From NCBI GenBank assembly GCA_963781585.1, contig CAWAGQ010000013.1, positions 352,001 to 416,000 on the forward strand: a stretch of DNA of 64,000 nt, in the 5' to 3' direction. The DNA comes from an uncultured Gemmatimonadaceae bacterium. Lineage in GTDB: Bacteria; Gemmatimonadota; Gemmatimonadetes; Gemmatimonadales; Gemmatimonadaceae. Shown here one piece after another: positions 1 to 10,513 of this stretch. The notes below the pieces were generated by a model, which worked only from the letters and a program-made list of their open reading frames with translations, ran no database searches and was not told the origin of the DNA. Positions within the stretch are counted from its first letter, which is position 1. Every line of letters starts with the position of its first letter. Position numbers and translations under genes: made by a program.

Positions 1-1998
1 CTCACGCATCCCGAGTTGCTGGTTCCCGATCCGGATCGGAGCATCCGCGGCGGCTGCTTCGTGCGCGAGGCCTACCGCTACAACCCGGACACGTGGGACG
101 GCCGCATGATGTACAGTCTCGCACAGGCCGTCTCCTTCTCCCTGGATGCGCCCTGGCGCGAGCTGCCTGAGGCGGCGCGGAACGCGGTGCTGTACGGCCT
201 CGACCGGAAGGTCGCGATGCGCCTGCCACCCGACGCGAAAGACCGGCGCGCCGCGGAGTGGGAAGGGCGCGAGGTGGGATTTCACGGCATCGCCCGGCGC
301 ATCGAGCGCCACTACCGGCGCTATCGGCAGCGCGGCGAGGCGAACAGCCGCATGGAAGCGTGGCTCGACAAGGTCATGGTGGAGCGCACCTGTCCCGACT
401 GCCGAGGCGCGCGTCTCCGGGCAACGCGCCTCCTGTTCACGGTAGCCGGGCGGAGCATCCACGAGGTCGGCCAGCTCCACTTCGATGAACTCTACGAGTT
501 CCTGGGCACGCTGAAGCCCGCCGGACGGGGTGCGGATGCCGGCCGGCAGGTCATCAGCGAGATCCGGCGCCGGGTGAAACTCCTGCTCGGCATCGGCCTG
601 GATTATCTCAACTTCAACCGGAGGTCGGGCACGCTCTCGGGCGGAGAGTCGCAGCGGATCCGGCTGTCGACGCAGATCGGATCGGGACTGATGGGGATGC
701 TGTACGTGCTCGACGAACCGAGTATCGGCCTTCATCCGAAGGACAACGTGAAGATGATCGACACGCTCCGGAGTCTGCGCGACATCGGCAACACGGTGAT
801 CGTGGTCGAGCACGATGAGGACACCATCCGGGCCGCCGATCACATTGTCGAAATGGGACCGGGACCGGGCCTGCATGGAGGACGCGTGGTGGTGCAGGGG
901 ACGCTCGATGCCCTGCTGCGGAGCAAGGCGTCACCGACCGGTCAATTCCTCTCCGGCAAGCGGTCGATCGCGACTCCGGGACGGCGGCGCCACGGAAGCG
1001 GCAGGACGCTGGTGGTGCGCGGAGCACGGGAGAACAATCTCAAGTCGGTGGATGTGACGTTTCCCCTGGGCGCGCTGGTCGCGATCACCGGCGCCTCGGG
1101 TTCCGGGAAGAGCACGCTCGTGAACGAGATCCTCTACAAGGCGCTGTGGAAGCGGCTGGTGGACACGCGCACGCTCCCCGGCGAGCACGATCGGGTGGAA
1201 GGGACGGAACACGTGCACAACGTGGTGAATATCGACCAGTCGCCGATCGGCCGAAACAGCCGGTCCAACCCAGCCACCTATATCGGATTCTACGACAACA
1301 TCCGGGACCTCTTCACGCGCACGCCGCTCTCGCTGGAGCGCGGCTACAAGGCCGGCCGGTTCAGCTTCAACGTGAAGGGCGGGCGGTGCGAGGAATGCCA
1401 GGGCGAAGGCGTGATCACCACCCAACTCTACTTCATGCCCGATGTGGAGGTGCTGTGCGGCGCGTGCAAGGGGGCGCGGTTCAACAGCGAGACCCTCGAG
1501 GTGACGCTCCGGGGCAAGACGATCGATGACGTCCTGAACATGTCGGTGGAGGAGGGAGAGGGGTTCTTCGCCACCGAGCCCGCGATTGGCAAGAAGATCC
1601 GGGTGCTGAACGAACTGGGGCTTGGCTATCTCACGTTAGGCCAGTCGGCCACGACGCTCTCGGGCGGCGAGGCGCAGCGGGTGAAGATCGCCACCGAACT
1701 GTCGAAGCTCCAACGGACCCGGCATACCGTGTACATCCTCGACGAGCCGACCACCGGCCTGCATCTCGCCGATATCGAGAAGCTGCTCGGGGCGCTCGCG
1801 CGCCTGGTGGACGCGGGGCACACGGTCCTCCTGATCGAGCATCATATGGATGTGATCAAGACCGCGGATCACGTGATCGACCTTGGGCCCGAAGGCGGAC
1901 ATGCCGGCGGCGAGGTGGTGGTGGCCGGCACTCCCGAGGAAGTAGCCGCCTGCCGGGCGTCGTACACCGGGCGGTTCCTCAGACCACACCTGAAGTAG
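1..1998 (+). CDS. uvrA: Excinuclease ABC subunit A (UvrA or UvrA paralog), 5'-truncated by the window edge
   Basis: Frame open from base 1; Zn-finger cysteines CPDC and CEEC..CGAC; two ABC signatures LSGGE, Walker B LDEP twice, Walker [10 protein letters not shown]; UvrA motif [16 protein letters not shown]. Confidence 0.93.
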   Translation, partial: LTHPELLVPDPDRSIRGGCFVREAYRYNPDTWDGRMMYSLAQAVSFSLDAPWRELPEAARNAVLYGLDRKVAMRLPPDAKDRRAAEWEGREVGFHGIARRIERHYRRYRQRGEANSRMEAWLDKVMVERTCPDCRGARLRATRLLFTVAGRSIHEVGQLHFDELYEFLGTLKPAGRGADAGRQVISEIRRRVKLLLGIGLDYLNFNRRSGTLSGGESQRIRLSTQIGSGLMGMLYVLDEPSIGLHPKDNVKMIDTLRSLRDIGNTVIVVEHDEDTIRAADHIVEMGPGPGLHGGRVVVQGTLDALLRSKASPTGQFLSGKRSIATPGRRRHGSGRTLVVRGARENNLKSVDVTFPLGALVAITGASGSGKSTLVNEILYKALWKRLVDTRTLPGEHDRVEGTEHVHNVVNIDQSPIGRNSRSNPATYIGFYDNIRDLFTRTPLSLERGYKAGRFSFNVKGGRCEECQGEGVITTQLYFMPDVEVLCGACKGARFNSETLEVTLRGKTIDDVLNMSVEEGEGFFATEPAIGKKIRVLNELGLGYLTLGQSATTLSGGEAQRVKIATELSKLQRTRHTVYILDEPTTGLHLADIEKLLGALARLVDAGHTVLLIEHHMDVIKTADHVIDLGPEGGHAGGEVVVAGTPEEVAACRASYTGRFLRPHLK

Positions 1999-2165
1999 GC
2001 GTGGTCGCGCGCTCTGGCATCCTGACGCCCACGGCGTCATCATGGGTGCTCCGGCTCGTAAGGCGGCGACCGGACGGTGTCGATCATCCCGAGTGCGACC
2101 TCGTGCGGTCCACTGTCTCAACGCGCCGTCCGATGGGCGCCTGCCGAACTCGAGGAGCGTGAGCC

Positions 2166-2561
2166 ATGTCTGCCAAGCCAAAAACCGTGGAAGGATACCT
2201 GACCGCTCTGAACGCCGGCCAGCGCGCGGCGCTCATCAGGCTTCGCACGACCATCAGGGCCGCGGCGCCGGACGCCGAAGAGTGCATCAGCTACGGCATT
2301 CCGGCCTTCCGGCTGCACGGCAGATTCTTCGTGGGCTTCGGAGCATCGGCGCGCCACTGCGCCTTCTATCCCGGAGCCGCGCCGATCGCGGCCCACCGCG
2401 CGGAGCTCCGGGCCTATGACACAAGCAAGGGCACGATTCGCTTTCCGGCGGACAATCCGCTGCCGGCAGCGCTGGTCCGGAAGCTGATCAAGACGCGGAT
2501 TGCGGAATACAGCGAAGCGCCTCGAGCCAGGAGACGTGCGCGCCGCGGAAAAGCCCCGTGA
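2166..2561 (+). CDS. DUF1801 (YdhG-like) domain protein
   Basis: KTVEGYL...AAAPDAEECISYGIPAF...TSKGTIRFP pattern typical of the family; GAGGAG upstream. Confidence 0.8.
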   Translation: MSAKPKTVEGYLTALNAGQRAALIRLRTTIRAAAPDAEECISYGIPAFRLHGRFFVGFGASARHCAFYPGAAPIAAHRAELRAYDTSKGTIRFPADNPLPAALVRKLIKTRIAEYSEAPRARRRARRGKAP

Positions 2562-2570
2562 GCCTCGACC

Positions 2571-4649
2571 TCAGCCCCCGAAAGCTTTCTGGAACAACTG
2601 CGCAATGCGCTGTCGCGCGTCGAAGCCGTGCCACGGTTCCGGGCTCGGCCCCCCGCTGATGTTGCGACTGAGCGGACCGTGGTTGTCGCGGGGGTAGGTG
2701 ACGAGTTGGACGGGCGCGCCTGCCTGACGCAGCGCGCGGTACATCTCGAGCGACTGTCCCAGCGGATCGGTCGTGTCGTCTTCACCCTGCAACAGCAGGA
2801 ACGGCGTCTTCGCCCGGTTGGCGCCGGAGAGCGGGCTCTGACGCCACGCGTCCTCGACGTGCTCCCACGGTTTGCCGAAGAACCAGCGGTCGTACCACGA
2901 GCCGCCTTCGGTGCCATACTCGCTGAACTGATCGATGACCGGTGCGGCCGACACGATCGCCTTGAAGCGCGTGGTCTTCACCTCGACGAAGCCGGCCATC
3001 TCGCCACCGTAGCTGTAGCCATACAGCCCGAGCTTGGTCGAATCGATCGGGAAGTGCGCGATCACGAAATCGACCCCGGCCATGATGTCGCGATAGTCGC
3101 CGCCCCCGAGGTCGTTCTTGTTCGCCGCCGAGAACTTCACGCCGTAGCCGGTGCTGCCGCGCGGATTCGGCTGCAGCACGGCCCAGCCGTGGCCGACCAG
3201 AAACTGCACGAAGGGCGCGTAGCTCTGGAGCCACCCGCCGGTCGGTCCGCCGTGGACGTCGACCACCAGCGGGACCCTGCCTGACGAGGCACCAGGCGGC
3301 AGGTACAGCAGGCCCTCGATCGTCAGACCGTCGTTCTTCCACTGCACGACGCTCGCCTTGACCGCGCGCCAATCGGATCCCGCGCTGGCGGGGGTCGCGA
3401 GGCGCTTCCCGGCGGCGTCGAGCGAGGTCGCGAAGTAGAGCGCTGCCGGCTCGTCGGTGCCGGCCCGCGCGTACACCCATCCAGTACGCCGCTCGTTGGT
3501 GGTCAGCTGGCCGACCACACCGCCGGGGATCGGGATCCTCGTCACCCTTCCGCTTGCGACGTCCAGGCGCGCATACCCCGCCTCGGAACCGACCGTGACG
3601 GCCGCGATCACGGTGTCGTCGCCCTCCGCCAGCGCCGGGCCATTCATGCTCCCCCGGAAGCCCTTCGAGAGATTCCTGAGGCTGCCGTCGGCGAGCGTGA
3701 GCGCGTAGACCTCGCCGTACCCCGGGGGCGCGTCGTCGTCCGACTGGGCATCGAGAAAGAGGCGCGTGTCGCCGCCGGACCAGACGACGTCGCCGGTGGT
3801 GGGTGGCGCCTTCATCACCTGCTGCGGTGCCCCGGGATGCTGCGGGTCGACGATCCACAGCTTGTTGTCCGGCCCCAGGTCGCTGGCACGGTTCATGGGC
3901 GTCGACAAGATGGCCAATCGGTCGGAGCGGTGCGACCAGATGATATCCGCAACGTTAGGCGCGACGCCGACGGGCGTGATCTGCGACGTCTGCAGGTCCA
4001 CCAGGTAGGCGCGGCTGCCGTGCTGATCGTGGTCGACGAACTGCGCATCCGCCTTGTCCTCCTTCTGCTTCGCTTCCCCGGGCGTCTCCGGATCGCGCGC
4101 GACGATCGCCACCGCGCGCCCGTCGGGGGAGAGCGCGTAGCTCGAGACGTTGACCTCGATCGCATCGGGCGAGGCTTTGGGCTGCGACCCGTCCACCGCG
4201 CCGGGCTCTGTCGAGGCGTCGACCGGCGGTACCACCTTCACCACGAGCGGCTGGGCTTCGCCGCCGTTGAGCGGCAGACGGAACAGCTGGGTGTGCTTGC
4301 CGCGGTGCGCGGTGAAGAACACCGATTGGCCATCGGGCGCCCACCGCCCCTGGCCCTCGCTGCTCTTCGTTCCGGCCGGCGCGAAGGTGATCTGGCGGCT
4401 CGTGTTCCGATCGAGGTCCACCAGCCAGAGGTGAGTGGACGCCCCGTCAACGGTCGGTTCGGTGACGCTCAGCAACACGAGGCGACCGTCGGGTGACAGC
4501 TGTGGCCCGCTGACCGCGCGGGTGTGCCGCAGATCCTCGTTGGTGGGGAAGTGCGGCGCCTGCGCCTGGGCTTCGGCCCCGAGCAGCATGAGGGCGGCCG
4601 ACGTGAGACGGAGTGCCGTCCCGACCGCGGCACAATGGGCGGAGATCAT
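2571..4649 (-). CDS. Secreted S9-family (prolyl oligopeptidase/acylaminoacyl peptidase-like) peptidase
   Basis: Signal peptide ending AQA; SPDG propeller repeats; VHGGP, NPRGSTGYG, nucleophile GYSYGG, Asp (EDDTTD) and His (DNHG); start moved to ATG 4649 after AGGAAGGT. Confidence 0.9.
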   Translation of the reverse strand: MISAHCAAVGTALRLTSAALMLLGAEAQAQAPHFPTNEDLRHTRAVSGPQLSPDGRLVLLSVTEPTVDGASTHLWLVDLDRNTSRQITFAPAGTKSSEGQGRWAPDGQSVFFTAHRGKHTQLFRLPLNGGEAQPLVVKVVPPVDASTEPGAVDGSQPKASPDAIEVNVSSYALSPDGRAVAIVARDPETPGEAKQKEDKADAQFVDHDQHGSRAYLVDLQTSQITPVGVAPNVADIIWSHRSDRLAILSTPMNRASDLGPDNKLWIVDPQHPGAPQQVMKAPPTTGDVVWSGGDTRLFLDAQSDDDAPPGYGEVYALTLADGSLRNLSKGFRGSMNGPALAEGDDTVIAAVTVGSEAGYARLDVASGRVTRIPIPGGVVGQLTTNERRTGWVYARAGTDEPAALYFATSLDAAGKRLATPASAGSDWRAVKASVVQWKNDGLTIEGLLYLPPGASSGRVPLVVDVHGGPTGGWLQSYAPFVQFLVGHGWAVLQPNPRGSTGYGVKFSAANKNDLGGGDYRDIMAGVDFVIAHFPIDSTKLGLYGYSYGGEMAGFVEVKTTRFKAIVSAAPVIDQFSEYGTEGGSWYDRWFFGKPWEHVEDAWRQSPLSGANRAKTPFLLLQGEDDTTDPLGQSLEMYRALRQAGAPVQLVTYPRDNHGPLSRNISGGPSPEPWHGFDARQRIAQLFQKAFGG

Positions 4650-4846
4650 CGTTTCACCTTCCTGGTTTCCGTCGCGCCGGTCGTGAAGGACGGGGCACAA
4701 GAGACGACTATCGCCGGTGACCGGACTTCCTCGATCGCACCACGGCGTATGGGACCAGACCCGGTTTCCACTCCGGCAAGATTCCGGGCCGCGGCGGACG
4801 CTGTCAAGAAACGGCAAGCCGAGGCGACGGCGATGCACCGGTGCCA

Positions 4847-4925
4847 CGGAAATCGAGTCTGACCCCACGTCCCGGAAATCGAGTCTGATTCCATTTCCCG
4901 AAAATCGAGTCGGACCCCGCTTTCC
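4847..4925. repeat. Three tandem 26-bp units with core GGAAATCGAGTCTGACCCC (REP-like); inverted degenerate copy at 4751-4769
   Basis: Units start at 4847, 4873 and 4899; 4751-4769 GGGACCAGACCCGGTTTCC matches the reverse complement of the core at 15/19. Confidence 0.85.
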
Positions 4926-4998
4926 GCGCCGCGACTCGCTGAAGCATCCCGGTGCGACTACATTGCGCGCACCGTCGTCTGCTCTCCTCGGGAGATCC

Positions 4999-6780
4999 AT
5001 GAGGTTTTCGCGCCCCGCGCTATTCCTGTTCGTCGGCCTCCTGGCCGCGGCGAACGCACGGGCGCAATCCTCGCGCCTCGACAGTCTGGACGCATTTGTG
5101 CGGACACAGATGGCGCGGCGCCATCTCGCCGGCCTCTCGCTGGCCATCATCGACAGCGGACGAATCACCGCCGCGCGCGCCTATGGCGTGACCGACGACA
5201 GCACGCACGCGCCGGTGACCACCGCGACGTTGTTCCAGGCTGGTTCCATCAGCAAGCCGGTGTCGGCGTTGGCGGCCCTGCACCTGGTGGAGGCCGGTCG
5301 ACTCTCACTCGATGGCGACGTGAACGCGAGTCTCACCAGCTGGAAGGTCCCGGAGAACCGGTTCACCACGACGGAGAAGGTCACCCTGCGGCGGCTCCTC
5401 TCGCACAACGCCGGCATCACGGTGCACGGCTTCCCCGGTTACGACGTGCGCGACTCCGTTCCCTCGCTGGTTCGCGTCCTCGACGGTGCGGCCCCGACCA
5501 ATACACCTCCCATCCGCGTGGACACCACGCCGGGTTCGATCTGGCGCTACTCGGGGGGTGGCTTCACGATCATGCAGCAGCTGCTGATCGATGCCACCGG
5601 GGTGCCGTTCCCGCAGTTTCTGCAGCAGACGGTGTTGGGCCCGATCGGCATGAAAAGCAGCTCGTACGAGCAGCCACCGTCGCCGCCGCGCGCGGCACTC
5701 ACCGCCAGCGGCTACTACGCCGACCGCACGCCGGTGCGTGGACGCTGGCACGTCTATCCCGAGATGGCGGCGGCGGGACTCTGGACGACGCCAACCGACC
5801 TGGCGCGTTTCGCGATCGAGGTTCAGCAGACACTGGCCGGGAAGGGGCACGGCGTGATTTCGTCAGCGATGGCGCGCCAATATCTCACCGAGCAAATCGG
5901 TGGAAGCGGCCTGGGCATCGGGGTCGCCGGCACCGGGCACGCGCTGCGGTTCTCGCACGGCGGCCGCGACGAAGGGTTCGACGCCCAGCTCATTGCCTTC
6001 GCCGAGACGGGCCAGGGAGTCGCCATCATGATCAACGCGAACGACAATTCGCGATTCATGGGGCGCGTGGTGGAGTACATCGCGCACTTGTACAACTGGC
6101 CGGCGGGCGTCCCGGCCGCGGCGCCCGCGGCCACGCGGGCTGCGCCCATCGCCGCGCGGCTCGTCGCGACGTACGGTGGCTTGTACGAGGCGGCGGAGAA
6201 TCAGATGATGGCCCTGGTTCCCGATGCGCAGGGCGCCGGCCTGCAGACGCTGGCCGACGGACTTCCCGACGAGGAATTCCTCGCGATGGACAGTACCCGC
6301 TTCGGGTCCACCGAGCGACCGGTACAGCTCAACTTTTCCCGCGATGCGCAGGGCGAGATCAATGCCCTCCTGTGGAGTCCGAGGAACGCACCGGCACCGC
6401 GCCGCATGCCACGAATCATCCCGCTGCCGTGGTCGATGTCGGCATCCCCGGATCCGGACGCTGCCCTCAGCGAGCGGATCTCGGCTGCGCTCGAGGCGTT
6501 GCGACAGGGCGGGGCAGCACTGGCGAGTGCACCGGGTGTCACACCGGGCGCCAAGGCGGATTTCGGTCCCGGGATCGGCTCAGCACTCGGTGACCTGGGA
6601 ACGCTCGGCTACGTATCGACGGTGGATGTCAGCGGCCGGGGCATTCATCGCCACGGCGGCGACGTGTCGCGGGTGCGGGTGTACCGCATCACCACCGCGG
6701 CGGGTGCGCAGTACCTCCTGGTGCACCTCACCGTGGAGGGACTGGTGACGGACATCGACGTGGTGGGGAGGCCGGGCTAG
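4999..6780 (+). CDS. Secreted serine hydrolase, beta-lactamase class C/PBP-related (AmpC-like) family with C-terminal extension
   Basis: Signal peptide ANARA; FQAGSISK (SxxK), LLSHNAG, YSGGG, HGG; ATG 4999 after GGAGA. Confidence 0.88.
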   Translation: MRFSRPALFLFVGLLAAANARAQSSRLDSLDAFVRTQMARRHLAGLSLAIIDSGRITAARAYGVTDDSTHAPVTTATLFQAGSISKPVSALAALHLVEAGRLSLDGDVNASLTSWKVPENRFTTTEKVTLRRLLSHNAGITVHGFPGYDVRDSVPSLVRVLDGAAPTNTPPIRVDTTPGSIWRYSGGGFTIMQQLLIDATGVPFPQFLQQTVLGPIGMKSSSYEQPPSPPRAALTASGYYADRTPVRGRWHVYPEMAAAGLWTTPTDLARFAIEVQQTLAGKGHGVISSAMARQYLTEQIGGSGLGIGVAGTGHALRFSHGGRDEGFDAQLIAFAETGQGVAIMINANDNSRFMGRVVEYIAHLYNWPAGVPAAAPAATRAAPIAARLVATYGGLYEAAENQMMALVPDAQGAGLQTLADGLPDEEFLAMDSTRFGSTERPVQLNFSRDAQGEINALLWSPRNAPAPRRMPRIIPLPWSMSASPDPDAALSERISAALEALRQGGAALASAPGVTPGAKADFGPGIGSALGDLGTLGYVSTVDVSGRGIHRHGGDVSRVRVYRITTAAGAQYLLVHLTVEGLVTDIDVVGRPG

Positions 6781-6834
6781 GCACCGCCGTTCGATTCGCG
6801 CGGCAACTGATGTCCGGCGCACTCGCAACGCCGG

Positions 6835-8340
6835 TCAGCGTCCGACGCGCGACTCGAGCGTGATTTCGGGAAACTCCTTTCGAATAGCCTGGTCGGGGAA
6901 CGGCCGCGCGCCACTCAGGTGTGCGTCGAAGAACGCCACCACCAGTCGGCCGAGGATCGCCTGCATCCGGCGTGGATCGATGCCGCCCAGAACGCGGCGG
7001 CGCACGCTCGCGGGTGCGATGAATCCGATTTCGGTGAAGTCGGGATGCGTGGTGTGGGGGATGATCGCCCGATAGACCGGGGCCGTCGCCCAGCGGTAGA
7101 AGAGCTCGAATTCACTGAAATGGCCGTCGCTGGACAAGTACAGAAACGGCCTCGGCATCGGTCGGCGCGCGATCGCACCGAACGCCAGACCGTCCAGCGT
7201 GACCCCGGCGCCGCAGGATGGCTCGAGGATGCAGAACTCGGTCGCGAGCGCGCCGCCCAGGGACCATCCGATAATGCCGATCGAGTCGAGTGCCATTGCC
7301 GCGGGGCGACCCGGGAACAGACTGTCCGGACCCTGCGCGTTCAACGTGCGAAGTTGACCGAGCGTGAACCGTGTGTCCTCCATCCAGGCGTCCATGACTG
7401 GTTGGCGGATGTCGGAAATGTGCGCAAGCGTGTCGAGAAGGGCCGCCTGCCCTTGCGGGTCTGCCTGCTTGAAGGTGCTGAGCACCGTGCCGGCGGCCCG
7501 CTCGAATGCGGTCAACAGCGGATTGCTTTGCTCTCCTGCAACGACCCGCCCGTTCGGGAATACCACGATTCCGGCATACCGCGGGTGCGCCGTGCTGGCC
7601 ACGATGTAGCCGTGGCTCGCCAGCGCCTCCATCAGGAGGACATTCTGCGACTCGAAACCACGGGCGCCACTGCCGTCGGAGAACAGCACCACCGGGTACC
7701 GGGAGGCGGCACGCGAAAGGGGAACTTCGGCGTAACTGTGCGTCGGTACCCGCGCGGCATAGCGGAAGGCGAATCCCGGCAGCCGCGAGATTGTGGCGAG
7801 GTGTCGCGCGACCGGCAATGGCCAGAATGAGACAGGGGATCCGGTGACCGAATCGGCAGGATACCACAGGCGCACCAGCAGCGTTCGGTAGGAACCGGGC
7901 GTCGAATCGTTCCGCGTCGAGTCGACGAGGACCAGCCAGCGGGTGCCTACGCGGTAGGTGCCCGTCGGCGCCGGAAGTCGCGGGAAGGCGAACACCGAAG
8001 AGAGTGCTCCCGCCGCGGCCACGAGCAGAATGGCCGCAGCGGACGCACCGCCCAGGAGCCAGCGCCTCGCGCGCGCGGCATTCGGGCGGGGTTCGCTCGA
8101 CCGTGCGCTCCTGCGCCCGGTTTGCCGCCACGACGACGTGACGGTGAACAACACGACCAGTCCGGCGACCAGGTACGCCGGCGCCATCGTCCACCGTGGT
8201 ACGTCGTGCCACAGGTGCAGTCCCAGGGCCATCACCACAGCGGCCGACAGCAGCAGCCGTACGCGCGCTGCCGCGCCCGCGGCCAGCACTACCACCGCGA
8301 GGGCGGTGGAAATGAGGAGAAGCAATTCGTAGCGTTGCAC
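6835..8340 (-). CDS. Membrane-anchored alpha/beta hydrolase (PAF-acetylhydrolase-like)
   Basis: N-terminal TM helices; LPAPTGTYRVG, VRLWYPA, LASHGYIVA, GWSLGG, HPDF; start uncertain (GTG 8340). Confidence 0.8.
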   Translation of the reverse strand: MQRYELLLLISTALAVVVLAAGAAARVRLLLSAAVVMALGLHLWHDVPRWTMAPAYLVAGLVVLFTVTSSWRQTGRRSARSSEPRPNAARARRWLLGGASAAAILLVAAAGALSSVFAFPRLPAPTGTYRVGTRWLVLVDSTRNDSTPGSYRTLLVRLWYPADSVTGSPVSFWPLPVARHLATISRLPGFAFRYAARVPTHSYAEVPLSRAASRYPVVLFSDGSGARGFESQNVLLMEALASHGYIVASTAHPRYAGIVVFPNGRVVAGEQSNPLLTAFERAAGTVLSTFKQADPQGQAALLDTLAHISDIRQPVMDAWMEDTRFTLGQLRTLNAQGPDSLFPGRPAAMALDSIGIIGWSLGGALATEFCILEPSCGAGVTLDGLAFGAIARRPMPRPFLYLSSDGHFSEFELFYRWATAPVYRAIIPHTTHPDFTEIGFIAPASVRRRVLGGIDPRRMQAILGRLVVAFFDAHLSGARPFPDQAIRKEFPEITLESRVGR

Positions 8341-8447
8341 GTTGTCGAGACGGTGAGAGCGAAGCACCGCGCTCCGGACGCGGCGCCGTTCAATGGAAAG
8401 GCAGGCGTGCAGACTGTCAATCGAATCAGTCCCTGCATCACGAGGGC

Positions 8448-9356
8448 TCAGGGGCGCCCCGTGAGATAGCCGACCGCCTCCCCGGCGCTCCAGCACACCA
8501 GCAGCAGGAGCATGAGGGGCGCGGCGGCCAGAAACCGGCCCCGGTGCCTGCCCTTGGCCCACGTCGCCCGGAACTGCCTGACGAATACCACACCAGGAAT
8601 GAGCGGGGCCGCTGCCACCCAGCCCAGGCGCCTGACGCCTGAAGCCGAGCGTACCCGGGTGTACGCGAACAGGCGTCCCCAGCCGAAACGCTCGCGCATG
8701 ATGCGCGGAAGCGTGGTCTGTGTCCGCATCTGGCTCGTCACCAGCTCGGGCGTGAGGAACAGGGTTTCGCCGCGTTGCGACAGCGCGCCGTGCACTATCG
8801 GCTCGTGGTATCGCTCCCGCCACAGGTCGCGGGTGTCGTCGAGCGCGCGCCGCTTGTACGAAACGTTCACATCCGTTACCCAGACGGCGGGTCCCGCCGC
8901 GAACGGTGGCGCGTAACGCGTGAAATCGCAGAAGTACAGCGCCCAATTGGCCAGGTGATCGACCCCGTTTTCCACCGCCCCGCCGATCACCGCGTGCGGG
9001 AGCTCCGCGTGCAGGCGCATCACGCGACTCGTCCAGTCGGTAGTGGGGATGCCACGATCCTCCAGGATCGCGATGATGTCACCGGTGGCCGCGAGCAGGC
9101 CGGCGCTCCGCCTCCGATCGAACAGCTCGTGCTGTCCGCGTGGGCTGGTCGGGACGGCCATGGTCGGCACCGCTCCCATGGGGAGGAAGCGCACGCGCGG
9201 GAAGCGCGCCGCAATTGACGCAATGCCCGTCACGGTGTCGTCGAACGGGACCAGCACTTCCATTCCGGTGGGATCGATCTGGGCGTCGAGCACCTCGAGA
9301 CAGCGTGCGAGCGACGCGCCGCCTTCGACAATGGTGACGACGACCGACAGCTTCAT
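8448..9356 (-). CDS. Glycosyltransferase family 2 with C-terminal TM helices
   Basis: MKLSVVV start, GDIIAILED motif, IGGAVEN, NVSYKR; paralog of 10514-11410. Confidence 0.82.
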   Translation of the reverse strand: MKLSVVVTIVEGGASLARCLEVLDAQIDPTGMEVLVPFDDTVTGIASIAARFPRVRFLPMGAVPTMAVPTSPRGQHELFDRRRSAGLLAATGDIIAILEDRGIPTTDWTSRVMRLHAELPHAVIGGAVENGVDHLANWALYFCDFTRYAPPFAAGPAVWVTDVNVSYKRRALDDTRDLWRERYHEPIVHGALSQRGETLFLTPELVTSQMRTQTTLPRIMRERFGWGRLFAYTRVRSASGVRRLGWVAAAPLIPGVVFVRQFRATWAKGRHRGRFLAAAPLMLLLLVCWSAGEAVGYLTGRP

Positions 9357-9384
9357 CCCGGTCGGGCGCGAGTCGGCACCGTCC

Positions 9385-10464
9385 TCATGACGCCCGCGTC
9401 GCGGGCGCGGGCGAAGCCGTTCTCGGAGATTCGAGGGTCACCGCCGATCCGGAGGTGGTAGAGCGGTAGACCGCCTGCGCGATTTCGTTCGCCCGGAAGC
9501 CCGACCAGCCATCGGCGAGATCGACCGCGGTGTCGCCGCCGACCAGCCGCAGGAAATCGCGCAGCTCGTCGTCGAACGAAAGCTGCGACGTCGTTTGCCA
9601 GCCCTTCAGCTTCTCGCGGAGAATGATCTCCGGATAGAACCGGTAGGACTTCCGGCGCGCGGCGCCCGGACGTTCGTGCGTGACGAGCAGGTTGAACATC
9701 GGCGCGTAGGAAGCACGCACCATGCCGAGTGTGCCGTAGACGTCCACGATCCACTTGTAGCCGCGCCATTCATCCCAGGTGGCCTGATAGATGACGGGAA
9801 TGCCGCCGGCGGTCCGCATCACCGCAACCGCATTATCCTCCGAGCCCGCAACGTTCCAGATCCGGTTGCTGGCGAATCCGTAGACTTCGGTGATCTCGCC
9901 CGCCACATAACGAGCGAGATCGGTCATGTGAATGCCCACGTCCATCATCGCGCCGCCACCCGACAGCTCGCCTTTGTACTGCCAGTCGGCGCGGAAATTG
10001 TGCAGGCCGTCGTGTCCGCCGAAGACGCGCAGATGGTCGATCTCGCCGATGCGCGACGCGGCGAGCGCTTCCTTGAGGAACTTGATGGCCGGATAGAAGC
10101 GATGATTGAAGCCCACGGCCAGCGCCCGTCCGGCCTCGACCTGCGCCTGAAGGATATTCCCGCAGGCCGGCAGCGAATTGGCGAAGGGTTTCTCCACGAG
10201 CACGTGGCATCCCTTGCCGAGGGCGTGACAGCACATCTCCTCGTGCAGCGTGACCGGCGACGAAATCATGACGCCGTCGGGTGCAAGCTCGTCAATCAGC
10301 TGTCGATAGTCGGCGAATGCCTTGGTGTTGAACCGGCCGGCGACTTCCACCGCGCTCACGCGGTTCACGTCGGCCACCCCAACCAATTCCGTCTCTGGAT
10401 GATCGTGGATAGACCGGGCGCGAAGCCGGCCGATGACACCCGTGCCGATGACTGCAAGACGCAT
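9385..10464 (-). CDS. Gfo/Idh/MocA family oxidoreductase
   Basis: MRLAVIGTGVIG Rossmann motif, HVLVEKP, VGFNHRF, GGGAMMDVGIH. Confidence 0.92.
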   Translation of the reverse strand: MRLAVIGTGVIGRLRARSIHDHPETELVGVADVNRVSAVEVAGRFNTKAFADYRQLIDELAPDGVMISSPVTLHEEMCCHALGKGCHVLVEKPFANSLPACGNILQAQVEAGRALAVGFNHRFYPAIKFLKEALAASRIGEIDHLRVFGGHDGLHNFRADWQYKGELSGGGAMMDVGIHMTDLARYVAGEITEVYGFASNRIWNVAGSEDNAVAVMRTAGGIPVIYQATWDEWRGYKWIVDVYGTLGMVRASYAPMFNLLVTHERPGAARRKSYRFYPEIILREKLKGWQTTSQLSFDDELRDFLRLVGGDTAVDLADGWSGFRANEIAQAVYRSTTSGSAVTLESPRTASPAPATRAS

Positions 10465-10513
10465 GGTCGCCAAATTTACCTGCTGAGACTCTGGTGAGCT
10501 ACGGATCGCCGAT

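Noticed and set aside
1..1998. DrrC/UvrA2-type drug-resistance assignment
   Set aside because: The N-terminal region that separates UvrA classes lies outside the window.
4847..4925. Possible mini CRISPR array
   Set aside because: The variable parts are only about 7 nt and similar to each other, and there are no cas genes; this is a tandem or REP-like repeat.
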